Assembly: GCA_964016885.1 (NCBI GenBank)
Contig: OZ024740.1
Coordinates: 292,082,001-292,146,000, forward strand
Origin: Eledone cirrhosa
Taxonomy: Eukaryota
Length of the DNA: 64,000 nt
Direction of reading: 5' to 3'
In this document: piece after piece, positions 1-13,483 of the stretch
Layout of the letters: every line of letters starts with the position of its first letter
How positions within the stretch are numbered: the first letter of the stretch is position 1
Notes under the pieces: model-generated
What the model was told of the DNA's origin: nothing
Seen by the model: only the letters and a program-made list of their open reading frames with translations
Database searches by the model: none
Translations under genes and position numbers: made by a program

Positions 1-337
1 AAACTATTTATCTACAAATGCTGATTCAATATTTTGGTTCTTTGGTAACTTTTCCCGAGCGCTTTCTTCATGGATTACAGTCGCCATTACAGTCAACAGG
101 ATGCTTGCTTTGTCTCGACCATTTTCAGTTCTTTCAAGATTTTCTAATGGCTATAAACCCCAAATTATTAGTTTTGCTGTAATTGTTGGTCTTCTAATAA
201 TTACCAACTTCATATATAGCAATTATTTATATCATGCAGGCGGAGAGTTGAAATCTTCAGGTGCACTGACGAATTTTTTACTTAATAGTATGATTTATAG
301 TTATTTACCAGCTGTAATATTGACCATATAATCATTA

Positions 338-1541
338 TCAAATTTTCTGCAAATCAAGTAATATGATGGCTTCATTATACCGAAGCTTTTCTTTAAATGC
401 ATCCAAAGCCACAGATTGCGCTTTTGCAATAAAGTGGTGCTGTGTAAGCTTACAGAATGATCCACACATGATATCAATGAAATCTGCTGCAGTAGCTTCA
501 AGTGATACAAGTGGTGCACCCATTGTTTATATTTAATCATATCACCTTCCTAAAACTCTTGACTATCCAACTGACTATTTTGATACTCTTGTAATGCCTC
601 TTTCCCAGGACACGTTCACAGGCATGCAACATGCTGTTTTATATCCATGCTTTATGAATAAGTTGATCCCGTACAAAGTGCTGACAACTGAATTTCTAAA
701 AATTCACAACTCTGAAAAGAAGCTCAGCAACAAAACCAAATTTCTGTCACATCATCTTCAGAAGTATAAGAATGCATGGTAAAAATTTGAAAACGATAGT
801 GAACTACCCACATGGTCAACTAAGGGCTTCAATAAAGTGGTGCTGTGTAAGCTTACAGAATGATCCACACATGATATCAATGAAATCTGCTGCAGTAGCT
901 TCAAGTGATACAAAATTTGAAAACGATAGTGAACTGCCCACATCATCTTCAGAAGTATAAGAATGCATGGTAAACATTTGAAAACGATAGTGAACTGCCC
1001 ACATGGTCAACTAAGGGCTTCAAATGGTTTTTTTTTGAAATCACACATATTTCAAAAACTTATTGACACTCCCATAATAGTAACTAACATGGTTACTGCT
1101 CAGAAATAAATGGTCTAGTATATGCTAAGTAACAGGAAAACAATTATGGTCGCTTTATCTAGTGTTCCTATTGAGATAGAAATACCTAAAAGAGGCATAC
1201 ATTTGCTGTACGTTTAATACTTGGCAATTTTCAGAGGCCTGTAGATGGAAGAATATACAAAATACATTTGATTTGATACGATATTTGAATTCTACAGAAA
1301 AAGTTAGCCCTAAACACAATATTTCAAAGTAGTGGTTACCTTGTTAAAGAAGAAATGGTTGTCTCAAGTTGGTCCGAGAGGCTCGTTCGGAAAAAAATGT
1401 ATAATTAATAAATATTTGAAAGGCTTACAATTTCAAAACTATCAAAGGTATGATATTTTTCCATCATATAGGTACAGGGGGATCTGAGGGGGTGACTTGG
1501 AAAATTTTTCTGAAACTGGGTGATTTGATATGGAATAACCC
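338..1541 (-). mobile_element. Decayed Sola2-like DNA transposon: one terminus plus transposase fragment
   Basis: Minus ORF 338-523 reads HHFIAKAQS...EAIILLD, and a 1-nt frameshift restores LDFAEN, a motif of this transposase group. The terminus at 1541 reads GGGTTATTCCATATCAAATCACCCAG on minus (GRG-type end), flanked by TATA. Family assignment is from memory. Confidence 0.55.
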
Positions 1542-3163
1542 TATAAGCTGCGAAACATTTGGTTTAATGATATACCCATTCTACCCATGCTCCGTCTTCA
1601 GTCGAAAAACCAAAGTGACAACACTGCTTTCTCTTTCTTCCTTACCCCCATAAATGAGTGCGTGTTCAAAATATTAAATTCTTCACTCTTTACGATAATC
1701 GAACTTATTGATCACTCCCACAAACTCTCACGCGAAAATCATATTGTTAATGTGTACAATAATTCTGAATGACTCATTTATAGACACAACTGTCGAGACA
1801 ATATTCTATTTTCACACATTATAACGATACAACAGTAATGGAAATTTACATTAAAAAGCATTTTCCCCGTTAAAAATGGACAACTAATCAAAGTCAGACT
1901 GTTCATTCAATATATTTATGAATACATTTATAAACCTGTTGTTTCAATGTTCAATAACCGCCCGAGGATCGACAAGAAACTTGAAGTGACAATTTTATTA
2001 GTGAAGATGCAATTTAGGATAAGTTTTATACAATGCAAATTAGAGTCTCTTCAATTATATATACTAATGCCAGCTGAAGTATGGATTTAGACAGATACTG
2101 AACAATGAGTTTCAATGTAGGACACTTTATTCATCTAAAAAGAACGAGAAATATTCTTACAATTTTAATTTCATTAACATTCCTTCTTCTGTTTCTATGT
2201 ATATACACAATGAATATTCCTTTGATACCTTCATTATTTTATCTCATGACCTAGTAGTAGGCTGATGTATTTGAAGAAATGTAAATCGTTTTCTCTCTAT
2301 CTCGGTCCAGACGGACAGGAAGGCGAAGACATTGAGGGAGACGAACTGAAACAACCACTCCACATCGAGCGGCTCGCATAAAATCGTGTACCAAATTCTC
2401 TCGCTCTTCTCCACTTATGATCAATTATGAATACCTACCCATTTGCGTTATCTAAGTAAATCCAATGACAGGACTCCGTATTTGGCATGTCTGATTTACG
2501 ACTGACTATATATTATAACAGCGGGCAGCTATTCTTGTCTGGCACCACTCAGTGATAAGACCTATGATATGAAGAGAACTAACCGATAGACTGGAATCGC
2601 CGGGTATGTCAACTAGCCCATTAACAAAGTAAGGAGGTGGTAACGGCGACGGAGATAGAACGCATGAGAACTAATTTGAATTAACGGCTGGAGTGAAGTT
2701 ACGCCCTTAATGATGCTAAGTAAACAAGTGTGGATAAACATCATATTTCAACCAGGCAGCAGATAGTTAAGACTGAAAACCTCATGGTCGATATATCATA
2801 AAATTACATCATTAATATTTATACAGATGAGAGCTGTCTGATGAAATCGTACCTGAAAGTTTAAAATTACGTAATAAACACCATGAAAAAACGTATAGTT
2901 AGTACGTAACAAATAAAATGTGGGGAAGTATAACCTTAGTGTCTTATACTTTATTATTATACCAATACTTCGTCATACACAGACCGGTGTGATTCTATAT
3001 CATACGAGGAATGGTATACTGATGTTGAGTGCTTAATATTGCTTAAACATGTATTTATTGATCGACGTTTGCGACTACGTAACTACTCAATGATTAATTA
3101 ATACGATATGTATACACACACACACACGCACACACATATATACATACATACATACACACATAA

Positions 3164-3230
<67 letters not shown>

Positions 3231-3280
3231 TATATATACAATATATTAATAAATGGAAACTATATTTATAAAACCATATT

Positions 3281-3346
3281 TATTTTATTATATATATTTC
3301 AAGGGCAACCAAGGCAAATTATGGTGCGCTTTCATCAGATAAAATA
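3281..3346 (-). ncRNA. Type I hammerhead ribozyme, family A (PLE terminal repeat)
   Basis: Minus: TATTTTAT-CTGATGA-AAGCGCACCA...TGGTTGCCCTT-GAAA-TATATA-TA-ATAAAATA. 8-bp stem I, intact core, palindromic stem III. Confidence 0.8.
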
Positions 3347-3463
3347 CAGATTTGTTTTATAAATAAATATTGACATACCCGGAAAAGCTTGTTGAATCCC
3401 AACAAATTAAATATAACCTCTACATATATATATATATATATACACATATATATATACCAAGAT

Positions 3464-3651
3464 AATAATTGTTTCTACTTTAGGCACAAGGCCAGTAATT
3501 ATCCCAGTGTATTACTGGTACTTTATTTTATCGACCCCGTAAGGATGAAAGGCAAAGTTAACCTCGGCGGGATTTGAGCTCAGATCATACAGGGAGGTAA
3601 CTCTATGCTTCAAAGCATGGCGTCCAATCCTCTACCGATACTGCCAATCCA
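3464..3651 (-). mobile_element. tRNA-derived SINE, main family of the window
   Basis: Reverse complement of the 12704-12894 SINE, including the central CTTTGCCTTTCATCCTTACGGGGTCGATAAAATAAAGTACCAG domain. Confidence 0.9.
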
Positions 3652-6275
3652 ATAATAAATGGAAACTATATTTATAAAACCATATTTATTTTATTATATA
3701 TATTTCAAGGGGGACCAAAGCAAATCTTAGTACGCTTTCATCATATAAAATACAAAATTTGTTTTATAAATAATGATATACCCATGGAAATCACACCTTA
3801 ACGGTCCGAAAATTCGCTGGATAGTGGAAACTTATTATGGGAAATTCAAAGTTATGTGTGAATATGCAAATGAATGTATGAACAATTGAAAAAAACCGTT
3901 TATTTAAATTACGCTGGGAGAGGATGAGAAGAAAGAGAGAGCGAAAAAATTACTGTTATGAGATATATAGAAAAATAAAGAGAAGAGAGATATTTAACAG
4001 AAGATGAACTCATATAACGTAAATAAGTCTTAAGTTTATATTAAAGTTACAATTATTTTGTTGTTAGAATTCTAATATAATACAATATAATATTAAGTTT
4101 TATAGGTATAAAGAAAATATATATATATAGAAAAATAGATATATAGAAAAAGTAAATATATATAAAATATATATATAAGAATATATATTGAAAATATAAG
4201 AATATATATTGAAAAGTAAATTGAGAATGAATAGATATAAGTAGAAAATAGATAGAAAAATATAGATAGAAGAATAGATCTATGAATAGAAGAATGGATA
4301 TATGATTGGATATATGGGTATATTCTGTTATAAATAATTGTTTTAATAAGTTATGAGGGATACTGGTTTATATTTATATTTAGAGTAAGTAATTAAATTA
4401 ACTGAGTTAATATGAATATTTATATGTTTTTAATATTTTAAATTGGGAAGATAGTGAAAATACCAATTTTGTTTATTTATTAGTTAGTATGAGACCATTT
4501 TGCCGAAGATATAAGTTTTGAAAGATAAATTTAGCCAGAATTAGTTATTGGTTATATTAAAAAATATTAAAAAATATAAAAAGATATTAGAAATATAAAA
4601 ATATTAAAAAATATAAAAAGATATTAGAAATATAAAAATATTAAAAAAGATTAAAATATTAAAAAATATTAAAAAATATATAATATAAAAGTATTAAAAG
4701 TTCTGGAAAAAATTCAGGAAAAACTTCTGGAAAAAATTTCTGGAAAAAGGTTTTTTTAAATCTCAAAAGATACTAAAAAAAAACTTTAAAAATACTTAAA
4801 CTATTTAAAATGTTAAAAATTATTTTAAAATATTTAAAAATATTAAAAAAAAATATTTAAAAAAAATATTTAAAAAAAAATATTTAAAAATAAAATATAA
4901 AAAAAAAAAAATATTAGAAAATAAATATTTAAAAGAAATATTAAAAGAAAATATAAAAAAATTTTTTTTTTTAAATTTCTAAACAAAATAATTTTTTAAG
5001 AAATAAGTAATTTAAAAAAAAAAGTAATTTTTAAATAAATGAGATATTTTGGAAGTAAAAATAAAAAATGAAAGATTTAAGCAGTAAAGAATAATGATGT
5101 AAAAATATTAAGCAGTAAAGGATAAAGATTTAATAAGTAAAAAATAAGTAAAAATATTAAAATTAAAGTTAAAGTTAAAATTAAAATTTTAAAAAAATTT
5201 ATAAAAATTTATGATCATATATGTATATAATATAAGAAAATTTAATATAAAAAATATTAAAATTAAAGTTAAAATTAAAATTTAAAAAAATGTATGATCA
5301 TATATGTATATAATATAAGAAATTTTAATAAGTGAAAATTAAAGGCATTGGAATATATCGAACAATATGCAGAAAAATTATAAGTGTAATTATATTTCAT
5401 ATATATTTTTAAATGTTGAATTTAGGCGATGTTTACAAGAACTGAATAAATTCATACGCATATTAATAGAGTTCTTACATTTAAGTATGAAGAAAATTTC
5501 CTCAACACACAATTTGCAAAATCTAGATAAAGCTGTGTTTTTGGAGGCAGGTGCTTTTGAAATTACATCCCAAATTAAAGAATAGTCTGTATTTTTAGAT
5601 TTTAAGTTCCATATCAAGTTAGATAGAGAAGTTTAAGATTTTTTTTACCAATATTATTAAACGAGCATTTGGGATTATTGAAACGGGATTTGAAGTTTGT
5701 AGAAGTAGAACCTATATAGTTGAATATATGATCATTAGTTTTGACAGAGCATTTATAGACGACATTTTTATCTAAGCATTTATTTTTTAAAGGAAAGTTT
5801 AGTTTAATTCTACAATTACATTTAGCAGAGTTGATGTTATTAGGAACAGTATTATTAAGTTGGATATTGCTAGAGGTATTAGTGCTATTTTGGTTTAGAT
5901 TTCTATTATTGATTCTATTTATATTTTGTGCTAAGTTCATAGTAGTAGAGTATGATAGTATGTCTGTTAAAGATTGAATGGTAAGTTGAATGGTAAGTTT
6001 CCACTATCCAGCGAATTTTCGGATCGTTAAGGTGTGATTTCCATGGGTATGTCATTATTTATAAAACAAATTTTGTATTTTATCAGATGAAAGCGCACCA
6101 AGATTTTTCTTGGTCGCCCTTGAAATATATATAATAAAATAAATATGGTTTTATAAATATAGTTTCCATTTATTATTATCTTGGAATATTTACTCCAGTA
6201 ACTTGTTGAGTGCTCTATATCAGTTATAAACATTTATGTTTGTCGGAATTCCAACAACTTAAATACAACTCCTAC
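3652..6275 (-). mobile_element. 5'-truncated Penelope-like element with inverted terminal (pLTR) copy
   Basis: GIY-YIG remnant 5390-5960, ~1.5-kb extremely AT-rich 3' UTR, and ~180-bp inverted repeats 3652-3833 / 5995-6178. Each repeat carries family-A hammerhead with a core mutation (ATGATGA, CAGATGA). Confidence 0.8.
5390..5960 (-). pseudogene. Penelope-type GIY-YIG endonuclease fragment, frameshifted
   Basis: CNCR...PLKNKCLDKNVVYKC...YIGSTSTNFKSRF (ORF 5614-5940) continues as IWNLK...CKLCVEE...SCKH (ORF 5390-5617). Confidence 0.85.
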
Positions 6276-6509
6276 ATAAATATATGTATATGTTAGATAT
6301 GTATTATAATTCTCTCCTTTGAATTTCACTCTAAATATAGGCTGCACTGATAATCATCTACTTGTACGTATGCATCATATTTCACTGGTTTTAGTAATTA
6401 GGCCGCAGTCATGCTGGGGTACCACCTTCATTTACTCGATCATATTAACTTTAGTACTTATTCATCAAATAGACATAAATATAGATTCATACATATACAA
6501 GCACACGCT

Positions 6510-6548
<39 letters not shown>

Positions 6549-6562
6549 TATATATATGTATA

Positions 6563-6730
6563 TATACGACGGCGTTTCGTAGTTCCAGTCGACCAAATCG
6601 CACTCACAAAACATTGGTCAACCCAGGCTATAATAGAAGAGACTTGTCCCAAGTGCTGACCAGCGGGATTGAAGCTAGAAACACTTGGTTGCGAAGTGAT
6701 CTTCTTAACCACGAATCCACGCATTCGCCT
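6563..6730 (-). mobile_element. Second tRNA-derived SINE family
   Basis: Minus: GTGGTTAAGAAGATCACTTCGCAACC...TTCAATCCC...CACTTGGGACAAGTCTCTTCTATTATAGCC, with A/B-box-like head and a tail running into (TG)n. Confidence 0.75.
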
Positions 6731-7676
6731 ATATATTCCTTTTACCATTATATCCCTATTTTGTAATTTCTGAATATATAAATATTTTATCAACCTTCTG
6801 CGATGTTTACTTACCTGATATTGAAGGAAAATAATCCAGTCTCACTGACGGATAAAAATCCTGAAATACTATAATTTGGCGTTTCCACAAGGTTACTAAG
6901 GTAGCTGTGACATGATCACAGCTTAAAATACCCATACAGAGATTTATGTATGTTTATTATACAGAAGCATATTGTATATATTTTCATATACGCCTCTGTT
7001 TTAAATTATTTCTATAAATGTATTATTTGCATAAATGGGCTAATTATCAGTTAATTACTACCAGATATTAACTTATTTAATTATCTGGCTGTGGCATTTC
7101 AAACTGTAATAATGTTACAGTTACTTCAGTAATTAGGTGTCAAGGATATCATTTAGTAATGTCTAGAATTACTCACAATGCAACTAAAGCATGCATAGGC
7201 ATGAAGCTTAACATTCTATTCATACGCGTATTTTTTTAGGGACCTTTGCTAAGCAAACAAACACTAACTTCCCACATTTATTCCTAAAAAGAAAATTTCA
7301 ATCCCATATCATCTTAAGTAGAATTTACTTTCTAGAGCTAAATCATATCACGTGAATAATAACCTCTGTAACCTTTGCACCATGGAGGGGGCCTATATTT
7401 TTTGGCTAAAAAACTTACTAAATTATCATTCAGAAAAACAACCCAAAATTGCATCCACAGAAAAATAAAAACAAATTTTCCTAACCAACATCTCACACAT
7501 CTAATAATCATTTATATCTCCAGATCCATGTATACATCTACCAATGTGTTTACAAATTACTATTACTTTTTTCCATTCATGAAATGTTTAATGTATTTGA
7601 TTAATCTCCTAAGAAATAGTTCTTCACTTCCGCCATTATTAATGGTTGTAAATCAATCAGCGTTTACGCCACATTG

Positions 7677-8668
7677 ATCTGTGTGTATATCTGTTGACGT
7701 CGGTATATCTGTTGACGTTGGTATGTCTATTGACATTGGTATATCTGTTGACGTTGCTATAACTGTTGACGTTGGTATATCTGTTGACGTTGGCATGTTC
7801 TATTGACGTTGGTATATCTGTTGACGTTGCTATAACTGTTGACGTTGGTATATCTGTTGACGTTGGTATGCTCTATTGACGTTGGTATATCTGTTGACGT
7901 TAACATATCTGTTGACGTTGGTATATCTGTTGACATTGACATATCTGTTGAGTCGGTATGTTCTGTTGATGTTGGTATATCTGTTGACGTTGCTATAACT
8001 GTTGACGTTGATATATCTGTCGACGTTGGTATGTTCTATTGACGTTGGTATATCTGTTGACGCTGGTATATCTGTTGATGTTGGTATATCTGTTGACGTT
8101 GGTGTGTCTGTTGACGTTGGTATGTTCTGTTGACGTTGGTATATCTGTTGACGTTGGTATGTTCTGTTAACGTTGGTATATCTGTTAACGTTGGTATATC
8201 TGTTGACGTTGGTATATCTGTTGACGTTGGTATGTTCTATTGACGTTGGTATATCTGTTGACGTTGGTATATCTATTGACGTCGGTATGTCTGTTGACGT
8301 TGGTATGTTCTATTGACGTTGGTATATCTGTTGACGTTGGTATATCTGTTGACGTTGGTATATCTACTGACGTCGGTATGTCTGTTGACGTTGGTATATC
8401 TGTTGACGTTGGTATATCTGTTGACGTTGACATATCTGTTGAGTCGGTATGTTCTGTTGATGTTGGTATGTTCTGTTGACGTTGCTATAACTGCTAACGT
8501 TGGTATATCTGTTGACGTCGGTATATTCTCTTGACGTCGGCATACCTGTTGACGTTGGTATATCTGTTAACGTCGGTATACCTGTTGACGTTGGTATACC
8601 TGTTGACGTTGGTATATCTGTTGACGTTAGTATACCTGTTGACGTTGGTATGTTCTGTTGACGTTGCT
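7677..8668 (+). repeat. Minisatellite, ~18-bp unit ATCTGTTGACGTTGGTAT with 19-bp variants
   Basis: About 1 kb of directly visible tandem units with no unique spacers. Confidence 0.95.
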
Positions 8669-8829
8669 GTTTTGTTTTGGCTTCAGTTCGGTCACCATTT
8701 TATCCAGCTTCAGTCCTATTTCACCTTTGTTTCATTATAACTTGACATTCTGGAAATTATTAATCAAACAGCTTCATAGATCTGTAAATATCGATCATAA
8801 AAAAACAACAAAATATTTTCTTCTTGCTC

Positions 8830-9180
8830 TTGCTAGACGAGGCTGGTGTCATCCTAAGCCGGCGAACCAGGAAGCATCATTCTGCCTATAGCCGACCAGA
8901 TCCACCAGCGTCCTCCACTGCTGGCGGATCGTTCCAGCTCCTCTGCATTCTCCAAGGTGTTGTCGAGCTCACAAGATCTTCCCTGGTTACATCTAGCCAT
9001 CTTGTGCGAGTCCAGCCGCGTGGTCTCTTCCAGTCTACAGTCGAACGAGAGTAACGCCCTGGTAGGATGATCTGATGGAAAATGGAGGACATGTCCGTAC
9101 CACCGCATGCGGTGGATAACTATGAGGCGGGAAGCTGTGGGCTAATGCGTTCGCGTACGCAACACTTTGCTGGAAACTAA
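8830..9180 (-). mobile_element. RTE-group LINE 3' fragment
   Basis: RWYGHVLHFPSDHPTR and WKRPRG.TRTRWLD, the typical C-terminus after the RT domain. Confidence 0.7.
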
Positions 9181-9247
9181 GCACACAACACACAACATAC
9201 AAACACAAGATGGTGTAGGACAGAACAAATAAGAAAATAAAAACCTA

Positions 9248-9290
9248 GTCACTGAGGAGGTCACAGAATGTGTGACGAAAGAGCTTTGAC
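9248..9290 (+). ncRNA. Minimal type I hammerhead-like motif
   Basis: GTCA-CTGAGGA-G-GTCACA-GAATG-TGTGAC-GAAA-GAGC-TT-TGAC. Confidence 0.6.
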
Positions 9291-9465
9291 AATATATAAA
9301 CAACCTTCCGGTTTTCGAACCAACGAACCGGAAACTTATAATAAATTGAAGTGAAAGCCAGCAGGTGCGTGTGTTTTTATTGGCAGCATGACCCTCCCAA
9401 AGTATAACAATATCTGTTTTAACACACGTTCAGATAAGAAATCTCGCAAAATAAATTCAAAAACG

Positions 9466-9655
<190 letters not shown>

Positions 9656-9979
9656 TTCCCAGGTCCGATTGGGGGTGGGTGGGGTGTGGGTAACCACAGT
9701 AAGTAAGGTACTCAATTCATAGTAGAGTATATACAATATTTAATATAGAAATGGCTTCTACAGGACTAGATTACTTTCGAATGAAACAGTTCTAGTCATG
9801 TAGAAGCCATTTCTATATTAAGTATTATATATATATGTGTGTATATATATATATTTATGTTAGGTAATTCCGAAGGAAAAGCAAAGGAAAAATGAGTGCT
9901 CTATGTTTAGAACAGAGCTATTTAATTGGAAAGTGAACAACACAAAATATAACCAGATTAATTTTCTATTCCTATTATG

Positions 9980-11198
9980 ATGTGTAGAAGGAAAAGAAAA
10001 ATATCTGGTTCACACCACCCTTCTCTTTAGCTCTCAAAACTAATGTAGGTAGAAAGTTTCTTGAATTAGTAGAGAAACATTTCCCCCATCACCATAAATA
10101 TAACAACATTTTTAACAGAAACTGTGTCAAGATTAGCTATTCTTGCAATCCTTCCATAAAATCGAAAATCACCACCGGAAAAATGGACAGAGGAATCCCA
10201 GGATGTTCATGCAGAAATCCAGGTGAATGTCCTTTGCAAGGCAAATGCAACATTAAATCCGTTGTATATGAGGCAATTATAAGACCTATTAACACCAGCC
10301 AACCTTCTACCGGAGAACGTTATGTGGGCATGATCCAGGATACCTTTAAAAAAGATACTATGCATATGCCGCTTCCTTTCGACACCAGGATAAAAAGAAA
10401 ACTACGGCGCTGGCATATAGGGTGTGGGAGATGAAAGAGCATGGCATCCCATATGAAATTGATTGGTCTATTTTAGACCAATCAAAAGAATATATTAAAG
10501 GCACAAGAAGGTGTACTTTCTGTGTAACAGAAAAATATAGAATTCTACAAAATCTGAAATCTCCCAACACTTGTCTTAACTCTAATTCTGAGGTATTTAA
10601 AATTTGCTCACATATAAGAACTCATCTCCTTTCTCGGCATCAAAAGACCCACCTTGAACACTCTCTCCTTTTCACACATTCAAAACTTATCTTATATTAC
10701 ACCTTGAACACTCTCTCTTGCTTAAAACACTATGGACCTTTATCACACATTTATATGATGCCTTTATTTTATATTACACCTATTTTATTCATTTCTTCAT
10801 TTCCCTTACTTTTACCTTGAACAATCTCTCTTACGTTACCACGAACACTCACTCTTATTTTAAACACCCTTTTTCAACACTTATTTTATTCTATTTTATT
10901 TTTACTTATATTATTCACTTATTGACTTCATCATTTCCTGAACACTATCTTTTATTTTTACCACCATTGCCCTTTACCACATAATTACAACACTGTTATT
11001 TTATATTACACCTAGTTTATCCATTTCTTATTTTACCTTGAACACTCTCTATTATTTTAACCACGAACTTTCTCTTTTATTTTAAACGCTCTGAACTTTT
11101 TTTTATATATTCAACACTTATTTTATTTTATACTTATTTTACACTTATATTATTCACTTATTGACTTCTTCTTTTCCTGAACATTCTCTCTTATTTTA
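9980..11198 (+). mobile_element. Penelope-like element fragment: linker, GIY-YIG and repetitive 3' UTR
   Basis: RKNIWFTPPFS...CSCRNPGECPLQGKC...VYEA...YVGM...WEMKE...CTFCVTEK...LNSNSEVFKICSH, with one frameshift near 10350. Confidence 0.85.
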
Positions 11199-11219
11199 AC
11201 CACCCTGGGCTTTTATCAC

Positions 11220-13452
11220 ATATCCTTTTCCCAACTTGTATCCTGCTCTCACTTTTCGCAGTATAATGGTCAGGGGCATCAGGGCAAGGACAAACAACAG
11301 AGGAGACAGACTATCTCCCTGGAAGATACCTCTCTTGATCCTCACGCCTCCCAATGATTCTCCAGCTGATGTTAACTCTGTTTTCCAGGACTTCATACTT
11401 TTGCCCAACAACTATCTGATGTTATCTGCCACCTTGAAGATCTCTAGGCTTTTGGTGATCCAAGAATGAGGCACCATGTCAAATGCCTTTTTGTAGTCTA
11501 TCCATCCCATGGCAAGATCAGTGTGTCTCCTCTTGCAATTCCTCATTACCATCTTATCAATAAGTAACTAGTCCTTTGTACCACGGGACTTCTTTCGGCA
11601 TCCTTTCTGTTCGTCCGGTAACAAGTTGTTTGTGTGGAGGTGATGGTAGATTTCCTCAGACACAATGCTTGTCAACAGTTTCCACATTACGAACAGACAT
11701 GTGATAGGTCTATAGTTGGTAACATCATTACCCTTGATTCGGTCTTTCATTACCAGAACTGTGGTACCTTTTGTCAACCACTCTGGTACCTCACCTGACA
11801 TCAAGCAGTCATTGAACATGGTTGTCAGTTTCGGGTGGAGGGATGTTACATTTTTAATCCAATACCCCTGCACACCATCTGGGCCTGGTGATTTCCAGTT
11901 GGTTAGTTTTTTGGCCTGCCCCTTAAGAGTTTCAACTGTGATACTCAAATCAGTTTGTTGGTGTGCCTGTTCACTAATTTCCTTTTGTACTGTCTCAATC
12001 CACACTGCCTGGTCATTATGTTTAACATCCTGCTCCCATATTCCTCTCCGGAATGTCTTAGTTTGTTCCGCCTCAGGGATCAAGTCGTTGCCTCTTTCTT
12101 TCCCTTCAAGCTGTCCAAACAACATCTTCTGGTTGTTGTCAAACATGCGGTTCTGTCTATACTGACTGACTCTGCTCTCGTATCGCCTAATTTTTGCACT
12201 CTTTGCTACAATGCGTTGCTTCAGTTCCTCTATGATAATATTTAGCTTTTTCCTCCTAGTTTTGTACTTTATTTCCAGTCTATTTTTAGTGTGTATGGTT
12301 TTTAGTGTCCCATTCAGTAGGGACTCAAGCTTTCCAATGTCATTTCTCATTTCCCTGATTTGACCATTCAGTCGTTTCTTCCACCAAGGTTCTGATCTTT
12401 CTTGTTTGTTGTTTCCTCTCGCTTTTATGCCAAGTAATTTCCTCACCGCATTTGCTGTTGCTTTGAGGATATTGTTGCACTGGTGAAGGCTCCTCGCCTC
12501 AAGGTATGGGATGACTTTGTTTACCTTAGCTGTTGTTTCTTTTAACTTTTTCCTGTCTACAAATCTTAGGTTCATAGGTTTCCCACTATCATTGTTCAAT
12601 TCATCTACCACTAAGTTTAGGATATCAACCAAATCTTGTCCTAGCCCATCAGCATTCATCTCCTCAATGGCCGTATCTTTGTTCCAGGTATTATTTATTT
12701 CAGCAAGGGCGGTGGATTGGCAGTATCGGTAGAGGGTCGGGCGCCATGCCTTGAAGCATAGAGTTACCTCCCTTTATGATCTGAGTTCAAATCCCGCCGA
12801 GGTTAACTTTGCCTTTCATCCTTACGGGGTCGATAAAATAAAGTACCAGTAATGCACTGGGATATTTGCTGGCCTTGTGCCGAAAGAAGAAACAATTATT
12901 TATTTCAGGATTCAGATCAGTGTCTGCTTCGGATGGTTTCTCCGTTCTCTCAACCTCTTCACCTTCATTTCCCACTGGCTCGTTTGCCTGGCATACTCCA
13001 CTCTCCATTTCCAACCTAATCTCTCTGCTCAGTTCCTCCAGTTCCAGCTCGCTTATCCACCCATTAGTTCTTATTACCCGAGCCTGCCCGGCCAATTTTT
13101 GTTCATCTAATTTAAATAGACCAATCTCGTTCCAGATGTTATGCATCCGTTTCCTATAGCCTTTCTCCTTGGGGCTACTCTTCAGGTAACATTGCATAAC
13201 AGTTCTATTCAATTCTTTCGTCCAGTTGGTTCTGGTCCCTTTCCTTCTTCTTCTTCTTCCTCCGACACCAGCAGTATTTGGTTGACAGCCAGGTCCCTGC
13301 TGCTGAGCCAGGGAACACCTGCTGGGTGAGAGTCTGTCACATGACATTCCAGTCTCCACTTCACCGTTATTCGAACTGTTTAGGTTCGACATTTAAACAT
13401 TCTTATCGAGGATTGGTGAATGTATGGTTACATAACCACCGGTGATTTCATC

Positions 13453-13454
<2 letters not shown>
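11220..13454 (-). mobile_element. R4/Dong-like retrotransposon copy lacking its 3' half, interrupted by a SINE
   Basis: Closely similar to 15935-17940. ORF pieces 12787-13392, 11568-12659 and 11196-11411 (GIFQGDSLSPLLF); in-frame TAG at 11568; breaks off before the FMDD motif. Confidence 0.9.
12704..12894 (+). mobile_element. Full-length SINE inserted in the R4-like copy, 14-bp TSD
   Basis: ATTATTTATTTCAG at 12690-12703 and 12895-12908. The empty site is visible in the sister copy at ~17395-17408. Head has A-box (TGGCAGTATCGG) and B-box (GAGTTCAAATCCC). Confidence 0.93.

Positions 13455-13479
<25 letters not shown>

Positions 13480-13483
<4 letters not shown>

Noticed and set aside
2832-2870. 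Hammerhead at GCTGTCTGATGAAATC
   Set aside because: Resembles the start of the 43957 family but no stem II, stem III or stem I partner follows.
7677-8668. CRISPR array or repeat protein (TSTDIP)n
   Set aside because: No unique spacers, no cas genes, eukaryotic context, and 19-bp variants break the reading frame. It is a minisatellite.
12704-12800. tRNA gene
   Set aside because: A/B boxes belong to a multi-copy SINE head with TSD; no full cloverleaf.
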